From Lepidodermella squamata (lineage: Eukaryota > Animalia > Gastrotricha), in contig JBLDXI010000055.1 of the NCBI GenBank assembly GCA_047495785.1, positions 62,001 through 126,000 of the forward strand: 64,000 nucleotides of DNA, given 5' to 3'. This document shows, one piece after another, positions 24,671 to 37,006 of the stretch; the first letter of the stretch is position 1; every line of letters starts with the position of its first letter. A program made the position numbers and the translations under genes. Under the pieces are notes generated by a model. That model made no database searches, was not told the DNA's origin, and worked only from the letters and a program-made list of their open reading frames with translations.

Positions 24671-26495
24671 ATGTCACCACAAAGTGATAAGTTTGAGGTT
24701 GGTTTTTTCTTTCTTGCTCTTCTATCTTATCATTGACGTTATACATTACGCAGAGAGCCAAAGAGGTCATCCACCAGCTGGAATTAAGTACTGAACACCT
24801 CGATAAACTGGCAGAGATTTTCAATGAGCAAATTAACTTTGGATTACATTCTGATGAAGCAATCCGGAAGAAAACTATACTTCCAATGATAAAAACTTTC
24901 CTACACGAAACTCCCGAGAATGGTATGGTAATTTGATACTTAATTTATCAATTTTTTTTAGCTATTTCTCGCCTCAGCTCAGGGATATTACCTCGGAATC
25001 GACCTTGGCAGCTCCAACTTTCGAATAATACTGGCCGATCTATCTCATGCCGACCCGAAATTTGATACCGAATGTGAACCGTTACCGAAGGAATACTACA
25101 GCACATCGTGCCGTAATGTCAGTCTAACACATAAAAAATACCTTTGTTGAAACTTCACTATAAAACAGCTTTATGACTTCATGGCGACTCGTCTATCTTC
25201 ATTTTTGAAAAAAAGAAATTTGGACAAGCGACCGCTTAAGCTCGGTAAGCACAGATAAACGTACCTCATAAATTTAGTGTATAGCTATATTTTTTCAGGG
25301 TATACTTTTTCCTTTCCCTCCGTTCAAGAGAGCGTGAATTGCGCGAGGTTAATCACTTGGACGCAAACTTTTCATTGTCCGGATGGCGTTGGCGAAGATG
25401 CTGGCAAGTTATTGCAAGAAGCTATCAACAAACGTGGGGTCTGTTGAAATCGAATTTTAGATGGCGAGGAACATTCGCAATTTTGTAATGTTGACAGGAT
25501 TGCAACGTTACTGTCGCATGTGTGTTGAATGATACAACTGCTACCTTGGTCGCTGGGGCATTCGTTGATCCTAAATGCGCCATTGGTGTTATTATTGGTT
25601 TGTTCGCTAATTTTTACTTTTTTATAGTTTAATTGCTCTTTAATAGGAACTGGAGCCAATGCGGCTTATTATGAGTCAATGGATCGTCTAACATGGTTCG
25701 CTGAGAAGCACTATCCTACTAATCCCCCGAGAAAAGTAAGTGGCGATATTTCCATTTCTTGTCTCTGAAAGTTGACCGTTATATATCAGATGATTGTCGA
25801 CATTGAAGACGGCTGCCTTGGAGATGACCATATTTTAGATTTTATCAAGTCTAAATACGATTTTGAACTCGACCGCACATCATTGCACCCTGGTTCTTAT
25901 ACTTTTGAGAAAATGTATAGCGGTCACTTCTTCGGAGAGCTTTGTCGGCTCGTTCTGGCTGACTTGGCGTCTCACAAGCTTTTCGTGCAACCTGAAGTCA
26001 TTCCTCGCCCTTGGATGCTGTCTAGTTCCCAAGTTTCGCCGATTAATCGGTTAGCTCATGAACTATTTATCCATACATTTTGCAAAATTAAGCTTTAGTG
26101 ACCCCGAGGAGGGCGATCTTCCCGCCACCCGCGCTGCCTTGGAGCAGATGGAATTGCTGCCATTTTGTGATGAAGATGACATTCGCATTATTCGTTTGGT
26201 CGTTTTGACCCTTACAAAGCGAGCCGCTGATGTTGTCGCCGCATCCTTGGCAACTCTGGTCCGCCATATCAACGAACCTGAAATAACGATCGCATTCGAT
26301 GGATCGTTTTACCGCCACCAGCCTCACCTGGCCCGGTATATTGATCAGCGAATTTCAATTATGTGCCCTAAACATAAGGTACTTCATATATACGCAAAAT
26401 TCGTCCGATATTAATATTTTGACTTTTAGGTCAAGTGCTTTGCCATTCATGACGGATCTGGACGAGGTGGAGCTTTGGCGGCTGCTACGGTTTAA
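24671..26495 (+). CDS. Divergent hexokinase-family protein, ~9 exons
   Basis: MSPQSDKFE|RAKEV.. ; LGIDLGSSNFRI, LGYTFSFP, LITWTQTF, LNDTTAT, IIGTGANAAY, FEKMYSG, AFDGSFY, DGSGRGGALAAA; stop TAA 26493-26495. Start exon is inferred. Confidence 0.88.
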
Positions 26496-27875
26496 CCAAC
26501 CTCTGAATGGTTCAGAAGAGAATTACTCAACGCTTATTTGACAGCAAAAAATGACAAAACCTTTATTTTTCCGGTAAATTGTGCCCTTCCGATGTCCCGC
26601 AAACTTGTGCCTTCATCACCATGATACGGACTCCTTTTTTACGAAGGTGTATATATTAACAAATGACTCAATTATTGTGCATCAGCGATTTTGCTCATAA
26701 TCAACGAGTTTTTGAACGTGATGGCCTGGTATTTTTGCTTCTTCATGACATAACTTTCACCCGTGTGATTGAATAAAATTATAATAATTCATACATTAAA
26801 CTAAATGCATTAATTTGATTGATTTTTTTGTCTTATAGAAGTTTAAATTGTCCTGATGAGATACTGAAATGACGCATCCTTTATAAACGATTCGCGGCCT
26901 CGGCCACTAGGACGAGCTTGACTGATTACGCGTTCCGAGAGAATGCTCAGTAGTCATGGCGAATCTGTTTTTTCAGGTGGCCAAACGCGTTTGTCAACTA
27001 CATTATTTTGTTTTCTTTAAGCTTTGCCGATGGTTTGCGACGTTCGCTTTGCGATATTAGCATAATTAGGTATACTCGTTAACCGTAGGTATTGGCTGTT
27101 ATAGAAACAGCTGGCAACGTTTCTTTACCCATCGAGGCACTCGAATAAAAATATGCGAGCAACTTGTGATATCTTTTATGAATTGAGACACTAATCTAGA
27201 CTAGAGATGAAAGATGATCATTTTCGCACGCAGCCCGATTTTTCCGAGGTGACAGAGCTTCACATTGTTGTTTTCACGCTGTTCTTTTGGAATATCTCTG
27301 CTCAACGACGGTGTATATTTATCGCCAATTAATGCGCTTTACTTGAATTCAGATGTTAGCATTTGAAGTATGTGTTTACTTTTTGTTTGCGAGAAGTGAT
27401 GCTGAATGTGAACACGTTCGTTGCCGCGCGCTGCCTTTGTCGCCGACTGACCTGTGCCGCGTGTGCCGCGAGGTGACGCGTCGCGTCGGCGCCGAGCCTA
27501 GCCTGAACTCGCGGTTGCCTTTTGACGGCTCTCCGCTGCACCAGGCCTCACGCAGCTTATTCGTAGAGTCAACGCGCCGCATTGTCCCTCCACCAAGGCC
27601 CACTTGAATGTCTCTCTCTCATCATCTACTACGACTACTCTGAACCTTTAATGTGTTTGTACGTTCTACATTTATCACACATTATTCTCTAGCTAAAAAT
27701 AAGGTGGCGCTATCTTAGCAGCAATCGGGCATTTCTTGGCTGATACATGATGTTGTCATTTTGACTGGAAGTACTGTGTTAGGATAGCTCAGACCAGAAT
27801 CAAGATAAGTTTTCCCACCACACGTTTATTGATAATTTAAACAGTTTCATTAATAGCTAATACTCTTATCTAGTG

Positions 27876-28698
27876 CAGCGGTTCTCATGAGGGGGTTCGC
27901 GACCCAAAATTGGGTCGCAGAGGCTTTTCTGATGGGTCGCTAGGTGGACCGCGGGTCGCATGGGTCGAAAGGCAAAAACATGTAAAAAAACTAAATAAAT
28001 GATGAGTGATGAGATTTAAGTGAAAAATTACTTATTATCAACTTTTCCAGTGCTATAGAACATGCTTTTTCAACACTTTTAGCTCTGAAGCTTAACTTTA
28101 TCCTTCAGTTTAGTCAATTTTAACAGGTTTTAGAGCGGTTTTTAGTGAAAAATCTTCAATATTTCCTCGCTTCGCTCGTTTTTTGGTTCAAATCATTGTG
28201 TGGTCAGGGTGGGGGATTGGGGGATCGGGAATAAAACACCCCCCAAAAAATTCCTGAAAGTGGTCTCCAACTACAATTTTCCTACAAATCCTCCATATTT
28301 TACTGCATTTTAAGCCCATTTCCGGTTTGAAAATGCCCAAATAAAGCGTCAGCTAAAGCTCGCTTCGCTCGCAAATAGACTTTTTGAGTATGTTTTAGGC
28401 CGCAAAATCTTTCCAGCTCGAGGGTGAAAACTTATCACCCCCAAAAAAATATCCTGGCTACGCCACTGGTTGAAATCACTAGTCATTTTGGGTAATATAG
28501 CACAAAATTATTTTCAGCCCCGGCAGCTGCAGGATCCATGTTCCAAGCGTTTACAAAATTGATGCATATAATTAGTATAAAAAGGAAGAAATTAAAAAAA
28601 TGCACCCCCCAAAATTGAAAATTATAAGCGCCAGGGTCGCACAATTTTCTTGAAAGCCACTTTTAGGGTCGGGAAATGCCCAGTCGTGAGAACCGCTG
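27876..28698. mobile_element. Non-autonomous hAT (Charlie-type) element, 823 bp
   Basis: TIRs CAGCGGTTCTCA...TGAGAACCGCTG; perfect 8 bp TSD ATCTAGTG (27868-27875 and 28699-28706); repeated GGGTCG subterminal motifs; no transposase ORF. Confidence 0.92.
28194..28468. mobile_element. Nested hAT-like MITE inside the Charlie-type element
   Basis: Right end CCTGGCTACGCCACTG; degenerate left end CATTGTGTGGTCAGG; flanking 8-mers GTTCAAAT / GTTGAAAT (7/8 match). Confidence 0.65.
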
Positions 28699-28835
28699 AT
28701 CTAGTGGCTTGTTGCAGTGGGTTTTTATGAGTATTTCCGCTGTCTTACCAATTTCTTGGATCTGTCCTGGGAATCTAACTAAATACAGCTGTAATTTATG
28801 GCTTATCTCTTAGTGTTTTATCTATACATTGGGCT

Positions 28836-30494
28836 ATGAATTTTCCTGTGAGACATACGGAGCTGCATGATTACCTCAAACAGCTTCTTTCAACATTGGT
28901 AAATTCAATTTTTTTATAAGTATTTTACGTTTGAAATTTCGAACTTCCATAGAACGCAATAAAATGTGGATCTGTCTTGCCGGATGCTTTGAAAATCGTA
29001 TTGTGCAATGAAACCTGTGATTTGGACTCAACAGCATGTGCGTTAACCTACGCGTTTTTCCTGCACAAAGTAGGTTTTTTTTGATGTCACAATATATCCA
29101 GTCTAAAGATCTAATTTTTAGTCAAAATCGAATGATCAAACTGTGGTTATACCGGTTTTAAATACTAGTCGAGCTGATTTCCCGTTGCGATCCGATGTCG
29201 TCTCCTTACTGTGCCACTACGAAATCGCGGTTGAATCACTCTTATTTATTGAAGATATTTCATTCGTTCTTGAAAACGAGAAATTGCTCGAAATTCTGCA
29301 AGTCGTGTTAGTTGATCACAACTACCCTTCAGAATGTTGCATGGCATTGATTGAAAAAGTTGTGGAAGTCGTTGACCATCATGAGGAGCTGCCCCATTCT
29401 GTTCCAATGAAAAACTGCCGGCGATCGGTAATAGAAAAAGTCGGCTCTTGCTCAACCTTGGTCGCAGAGCAAATGTCGAAACACGGAGGTGGACGAGGTT
29501 ACGAAAAGAGAAGCGAATCAGGCGACGAGCCTCATTCATACCATATTGATTCGACCAGTGCTGCTCTACTTCTAGGCAAGTTTTATCTGAGCCTTTTTAG
29601 GAATTGCATTTAATAGAAGGCAAACAGATCGAAAATGCAGATAGCCATCAATTCCATATAATAGACCCATTTTAATTCAAATTTTAGCTGCTATTCTTGT
29701 GGATACTGTTTGCGGATCCCCATCTGCTGGTCGCGAAACACCGAAAGATTCTGAAGCGGTTGCGAAACTCGATGAAACTGCCCAGTTGCCGTACAACCAT
29801 GGCCGATTCTACGAATGGCTGTTGTCGGCAAAATGCGATATTTCAAGTAATTTTGTCTTCTTCAGTAAAAATTAGGGTGACTTACACAAATTTCTCTCTT
29901 CAGGGCTTTCGACCGCAGATCTGCTTCGAAAGGATGCGAAGCTGCTCTCGGTTGGAAACACTCGAGTGATGACCTGTTCCTTACCAACTGGTTTCAACTG
30001 TACATCGAATAGAACCGATCTAGCCCAATCTCTAGAACAAGTTCTTATCCGCTCAAACGTTGCCGCCGTGGTTTTACTATGGTACACAAATCCTGCTTTC
30101 CCAGACGATGCTAAGAGAGAGCTTGGGATTTTTTCTGACGACTGCGATTTGCTAATTTCGGTAACAATTTTTTGAAATTATTGAAATTCCATTTCGAAAT
30201 TTCCGATCTTCAAATTAGTTGGCGTCGTGGTTGCAGACTAACAAAAAAGTTGACCTTATGCTTTCGCCGCTGAGTGGCACCAGCAATGGGGTAGCTGAAA
30301 ATGGCCGAGTTGAGTTGCTTTCGAACAATAATTCCCACGACGATAGCGGAACCACGTCGCCTGTCTTTGTGAATTTGATGCTGGGCGACCGAATGATTGC
30401 TTTTTCGCAGGGTAACGTTCGCGCGTCTCGGAAGCAAATTCTACCACTTGTCGAAGAGTTTTTGCGCACTCGCAATGGCAAAACCGATAAATAA
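28836..30494 (+). CDS. PRUNE: Prune exopolyphosphatase (DHH family), multi-exon
   Basis: VLCNETCDLDSTACAL, PVLN..RADFPLRSD, LVDHN, VVDHH, VGSCSTLV, ILVDT, LLRKDAK, QGNVRASRKQILP. Confidence 0.9.
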
Positions 30495-31129
30495 ACACGC
30501 TACCCATCCTAATATATATGATGCGCTCTGTGCCACGTTAATTGTTTATACACCTCGATCGCTATGGAAGATCTGGAATCTAACCGGTGTCATTTTTCGA
30601 ATTTGTTCCTTCCCACTTGTGTGCTATATACCCATTCACTCTCCGCATGCATTTGCAATAAATGTCCGGGATTATTATCAAACCAAACACAAATCTTCAA
30701 GCTATGCATATTATTATAAAATATTATTTCATCGTTACATTATCAGCATTCTACCGTCGGCAAGGCTTTATTTTTGTTGATCGCGGTTTTCTGATCATTC
30801 ATTCTGATCACGCTCTTTCTTGTGATACATGTTACATTATAGATTATTTGAGAATTATAGAAAAAGCTATTAACGCAATTTTTGCCATATTTTTAGCAGT
30901 TGTGACGTCGGGCGGATGCTATCTTCCCCGTCAATGCCCCCTGTGCTATCGTAAAATGTGATGTTGTCAAAAAAAACACAGAAATCGTTTCCTCCTTACT
31001 ACTGTTTTTCACTTACTGGAATTTCGGGTTCGGCTTTTGGTAGTAACAATAATTTCAAGAATAAATATTGCAGCAATCACTGTTAACTTTTCTCACTGTT
31101 TTAGGTGGATTATTTAAGTATCAATACAA

Positions 31130-34100
31130 ATGGATTCGGCGAGTGATCAAGTTGAACCAGAACAACAACAATCGGATTTGGCAGCCGATAATCCACCTCA
31201 GCCCGATCAGGTCGAATCGGAAAGCCATCAGGAAGCTGCTGTTGGCGATCTACTTTCGCTCAATGATTCTAATCAAGTCGAACAACCCATCGAAACAAAT
31301 AGTGATGAGGCTAAGGACGATTCTGAACAGAATCAAGTCGAGGAAGGTGGGCTGATTGATTTGGGTAATGACCCACAGCCAGAAGCTGAAGCTCAAATAA
31401 ATTCTTCTAACCGCTCGTCATCGAACGACGGACCATCTAATGCGACGGAAACGTCGAAAAGTTCCGAGTCATTTTTTCAAGTTGAAACAGCCGACGGCAA
31501 TCATTTGGAGGACAATTTGGTTTATTTTACCAAAGATACATCCGATGACGCAGTTCATAGTGAAAACAGTGGCGATAAGGAGGCGTTCGAAGAAATCGTC
31601 ACATCTGAGCCTCGCATCGAATCTATGGCTGAATCGATGATTGATCAAGATGCTGCTCCAGAAGAAGCTCAAATCATGAGCTCTGAGCAGGTTGTCGAGG
31701 AATCGAGCAAAGCCTCGGAACAAAACCTTCTCGATATAAATGAAACAGCTGCTGAGCCGGAAATCAAAGAAGTTACTTCAATCGAAGAACAGGAGACGAG
31801 CGTGAATCAGGAACAGCCGTTACTTGATTTGGATAACGACCCGAATGACGATATATCTAATCAAATGGCGCTGGCTGCCGTTTCCGCTGGGCAATCTGGC
31901 CAAACTGTTGAGCCTGTCAGTCTAGAGGACGACATTTCGGTTCAAGAGCCGCCAAACCCGGAAGAGGAGGATTATGTCGCAAAAACAGAGGCCGACGTTG
32001 ATAATTGTTCGGTCGAATTTGAAGAAGACATTGAGCGAGTGGAATCGGCTGAAAATGAGTTCAATATTTCTATGCCGACAGATGAGGTCCCGAGAGAAAT
32101 CAGCCCTGCTGTTAGCTTGAAAGACATAACCGAGGAACCTGCTGAGGAAGAGATCATCGAGCCAGCAGATGAAGTGCAAGATGAAACCGAACCGCGTCAA
32201 GCCGATTTCGACGAACCTGAAGCAGACCCAATCAGCTCTAGCGATAATGAACCCAATCAAGAGGTGGAAGTCGATCAAATTCTAGTACCTGTAGAAGCCG
32301 ATCAAGTTGAAGAAGAGGTCGAAACGAGGCAAGCTGAACCCGAGCCTCAACCCGAGGTTGAAATTCGGGAGCCTGAAACCGATAATCAGAAGCCAGTCGA
32401 GCTTATCGAGGAGACTCTAGACAAAAATGAAGCAGATCCAATTAGCTCTATCGAAAATGAAGCCGAACAAAAGATGGAAGTCGAGCAAATTCTGGAAGTG
32501 GATCAAGTTGAAGAGGTCGAAATAAAGCAAGCTGAACCGGATCCTCAACCCGAGGTTGAAGTTTCGGAACCCGAAGCCGATCATCAGAAGCCGGTCGAGA
32601 TTGTCGAGGAAACTCGGGACGAGCCACATACGGATGAAGCAAATCCAGTGAGCTCTATCGATAATCAAGAACTGGAAGTCGAACAAATTCTAGAAGCTGA
32701 AGAAGAAGTCAAAACAAACCAAACTGAACCCGAGCTTCAAACCGAGGTTGAACTTTCGGAGCCTCAAACCGTTAATCAGTCGCCGGTCGCGCCACATACT
32801 GATGAGGTTGAGTTGGATCAAGTTCCCGATGTTGATACGAAAGATCCAGAAATCGTTGAATTGAAAATCGATGCAAGCCAAGATTTTCAACCTTTTGGAG
32901 AGCCATTCGAGCCGCAAAACATCTCGGATGAGCCCGAGGTCGATTCGGCTCCTATTGATATACAACCAAGTGAAGTCGAAAACACTTTACCGCAAGCTTC
33001 CTCACCTTTATCCATTCCTACTATTTCGATAACTGATGCTGACGAAATTGAGGCTCTGCCGGAAACTGGTGAAACAAATGCTGGTGTGTTCGAAGAAAGC
33101 GCCGAGCAGACGTCAGGTTTCATCGAGTCGCAATTATCAGCTGTCGAAATATCAATCAACGATGAGAAATCTGATGACGAAATCGTGGAAAACGTGCTTC
33201 ACTCGGCCCCATCGCCATCTGATAGTGCAATCGTTGCAACAGATGAAGAGTCAAGAAGTGCAACCAGCCCTGAATCTAACAAAGAGAACACCGCATTTCA
33301 TCACGATTTATCAGACCACGGAGACTCGCAAAATGCCATCGACAGTGATAGTCCTGGCTCTCCGGTCAAAGACGAATGGAGCGAATCAGAAATATCTAAA
33401 ATTGAATCGCAAAACGAATCCGCCGAAGGAGTGAAATCCGAAGTGAACCAAACAGAAGAGCCACGGCCAAACTTAGCGCCCGATGTTACCTCTCAACTAA
33501 ATTCGGCTGTAATTACACCATCCGACGCCGGATTTTCAGTTCGATACAGCGCGGGATCGGAAGACGGTGACATTCCGAATGAAGATGACAAAGATCGATG
33601 GCTGAAGGCTACTATCAAAGGAGCTCCGTTTATGGTCGATCTTAAAGCTATTACGCCGTACAAGAAATTCCTTTCTTTTGGAGGTAAAACCGTTTGATTT
33701 AGTGACTGAAAATGTATAATTTACCTAATTTTCAGGATTTACTGAGAAGAAAGAGTCGATTATAGTTTTAACTGCTGCTTACTTGCCTCTGCCGTCAGAG
33801 CAGAACTACAACTATATAATCCACCATCTCTTCTGCTACGTCACTAGTGCCATTGATCTATTGGCCCCGAATGAATATATTATTGTTTACTTTCACTGTC
33901 ATCGTTCCAGCGGCGACATGCCTCCACTTGCCTTCTGCACGTCTTGCTATAGTCAGCTGGATTTCCGACTTCGAAAGAGTGCTAAATCGTTGTACGTCGT
34001 TCATGCTAACGCTTGGGTGAAAACAGCCTCGGCGTACCTGTATGCATTCAAGTAAGATCTCATAGCTTTCATATCCCTAATAATTTGCAACTGTTCGCAA

Positions 34101-34244
34101 CTTTTCAGACAATTTGCTCGTCGGAAGTTGGTTTACGTCCAAAATCTCGCCAATTTGAAGGCATTGATACCTACCGAGTTTATATATTTCCCTCAAGAGG
34201 TTCTTGATGCCGATCGTCAAAAGGGTGGTGGTAATATGAGTTGA
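31130..34244 (+). CDS. Long acidic disordered protein with C-terminal BNIP2/BCH (CRAL-TRIO-like) domain, 3 exons
   Basis: ~800 aa E/D/S/P-rich region, then VDLKAITPYKKFLSFGG|..AAYLP..YNYIIHHLFCYV..YIIVYF..LDFRLRKSAKSLYVVH..|..KLVYVQNLANL; stop TGA 34242-34244. Confidence 0.85.
32210..32790 (+). repeat. Three imperfect coding tandem repeats (~55-70 aa) in the acidic region
   Basis: Unit EADPISSxxNE..EVEQIL..VEE.E..QAEPEPQPEVE.SEPE.D.QKPV occurs three times, with similarity at the DNA level. Confidence 0.8.
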
Positions 34245-34676
34245 TAAACTTGCGATTGTTGAAAAGTATTTCGTTTAATATTGTATTACACATATTTATT
34301 TATCATTCCAAAATATTTTGTGCAATGGTGCTTGCTGATGTTCTTATTCGCAACAATTACACGTAAACTGTTCCTCGTTTTTGATTCGAGAGACGAGCCC
34401 TTCAGAGAAATTTTAGTCTGTGATCTTCCGACATAGTTTGATAACTTATCACCTTGTTCGCCATTGTTGCTGCTGATGTTTTAACCCAAAGAAACTTATG
34501 TACCTATTGCGCTGTTATTTACGTCATTCAAAGCTGATTGCTCATTCTATTAAAAAGCCTGCTATTCAAACCAATTATCGAATAAATTTTTCTACGAAAA
34601 AGTCGCCTTTTTAACAAAAAACGTCGTTTATTTTCACATGAAATACAACTCAGAAAGAAACACGTCGCCTGAATTT

Positions 34677-35821
34677 TTAGCGAGGTACCGGTGGTGGAGG
34701 CGGCGGCGGAGGTGGGGGAGGCAGACCAGGTGTACCTATCTGCCGGCCCCATTGTTGGTCGAATTGCGGTGGGTAAGGCGAGGGAGCCGGAGGTGGCGGC
34801 GGTGGCATCATTCCAGGCGGATACATACCTGAAAATACATAAATTTCATCATAAAATTTGAACAATTTTTTGCAACAAACCTGGAATGGCAAGACCAGGA
34901 GTTCTAACAGGAGCATAACCAGGGGGAGGAGGAGGAGCTGCCGCCAATCCAGGATAGCCATATGCTGTAGGATGAACAAGTGCAGCCAAGCCGAATGGTT
35001 GCGCTGGTGGAGGCGGAGGTGGCGGTAACATGACGGGAGGACCAGCCGAAGCAGCTGATGGAGCATCGGCGAAAATGGTATGAGGTCGTGCCGCGAGAGA
35101 CAGAGGGTTTTTAGCGGCAAGAAGTCGCTCAGCTGCACTTCCATGGCGCTCGCCTTTGCTTTCTTTTTTAAAGGCATAGGTGACTTGAATGGGTCGGTTA
35201 CACAAATACTGGCCGTTCATGGCTTCGATGGCGGCATCGGAAGCATCGAAACTGGCGTAAGAAATAAATGCGAAGCCCTTCGAGCTACCAGAATCTGGAT
35301 CCCGCATAATTTTGGGTACTTGTAGAATAACGCCAAAAGCGCTGAAAGTATCGTAGAGAAGCTTTTCGTCGACCTCGGGGTCAAGGTTGCCAATGAATAT
35401 ATTTGCGCCCACGTCGAGATTTTTCTGATGAGCCGACGCCTTGTTAACTCGGATGGGCTTGCCGTATAATTTGATCATGTTCATTATTTTAATAGCGTAA
35501 TCAGCGTCATCCTCAGCCATAAATTCCACAAATCCGTAACCCTGATGCGCGCCAGTAATTCGGTCCTTTGGCATGTGTACAGAAACTGAAATCGAGAAAA
35601 AAACGACGAGTTATTAGTCTGAATTGAGTGATCAACGATTGACTCACCGACTGGTCCGGATTGTAGAAATAGTTCCCATAGCAATGATTCATTGACTTTC
35701 TCATCCAAGCCGCCTACATAAATTGTAGCATCTGAAAAATAGGTAAAATTAAGAATTTAAGAAATAACCTTCAGAAGCTTCGCTTACCTTGATTTCGCTC
35801 CTGGATTGGACCAGCAGCCAT
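34677..35821 (-). CDS. SF3B4: Splicing factor 3B subunit 4 (SAP49), 4 exons
   Basis: [11 protein letters not shown]|[87 protein letters not shown]; Pro-rich tail. Confidence 0.97.
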
Positions 35822-36432
35822 ATTTTAGTAAAAACTAAGAGAAATTGCACTAGCTATTAAGATAAGTTTCTCAATGTATGCGTAAACAACATTTTGACTT
35901 TTTTCAAACACTTAGGAAATAAATCTCACAAATGCGCCACTCATTTGAACTCTTGGGTGCTTTTTAAACCTAAGCGGCATACTCAGTTTTCTTGATCTTG
36001 CGAAAACGTCGCATATCAACAGATTAGTTCTTACGTCGACGCTGCAAGTAGGTAATCACGACACGAGCTAGCTGATGCCACTCGACCGAGAGACGATGAA
36101 ATAGAAAAGCCTCCAAAACCACATCTTGATGAAGTTCTGTATCGTCCACTTTAAAGCCGCCAAAGAGCGAAAAACCAAGTAAATACATCGCATCGCCACC
36201 TCACACGGCTCCAAAATGACTCCGTGATAAACCTGTGGCTAGTATTTCATGTTCCTCTAGCAAGACTCTAGCACGAAGAAGCAGTGAAACCGAGCGAAAC
36301 CGAGAAAATCACCGAGTTTTTCTGTTTCCGTGTTTTTACAGGTATTTGCGTACTTATGCGTGCTAACTGAATACATCTGTATACTATTAAGCAACTATCA
36401 AGGAAAAGATAAATTTACTATGTCCACTTACT

Positions 36433-37006
36433 ATGTCCACTTCTATACAAGCGAAACGAACGCTGAACCGCGAATACCGAATATCAACTACACCTGACGT
36501 CACCTTAACGATTCCAGATGCGTTGCCACCACTTGCCAATGGCGAATGGTTAAGGGAAGCAGCTCGAATCAATAGTTTGGAAATAGTGGACAACCCTGGT
36601 CAAGGCGATTGCCAATTCTAAGCGGCCAGGCGTGTTGGAATTCTGTATGACTTAATGCAGTTGAGGAGATTAGTCTAATCTCGCCTTTCTACAGGCGCCA
36701 ATGACCACCGGTGGGCCTACGACCCTAAAACGATGCAGGATGCGAGAAATTGCGGCGAGCCTTTGCCTGGTACAAGTATCGCCGAGTTGAAACGGCTTAT
36801 CTGCGTGCCAGCGAGGCAAGGCAATAACCTATCCTTATTATCGGTTGCAGATGGTATTCAGTCTTCAGGTTACTATCAAGGTGTTTGATGCTCACAGCCA
36901 AAACATTGTTTCCTGCGAAAATGGCCCGGCTGTTCTCCACAATGCGCAAGACGGTAGACGGCACTATGTTGCTTTGTTACCGCTGATAGATAAATTCCGC
37001 ACCTGA
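36433..37006 (+). pseudogene. Disrupted OTU deubiquitinase-like domain
   Basis: Cys box IVDNPGQGDCQF followed by TAA; second in-frame TAA; GNNLSLLSVAD then a frameshift into LQVTIKVF..RHYVAL (His box). Confidence 0.65.

Noticed and set aside
24688-24699. AAGTTTGAG|GT resembling the 3' end of nematode SL1 plus donor
   Set aside because: The rest of an SL exon is absent, and the sequence is explained as the hexokinase exon 1 junction.
36619-36678. In-frame TAA codons in the OTU-like region as stop-codon reassignment
   Set aside because: TAA terminates conserved genes here (SERINC, Prx, SF3B4, hexokinase), and a frameshift is also present.
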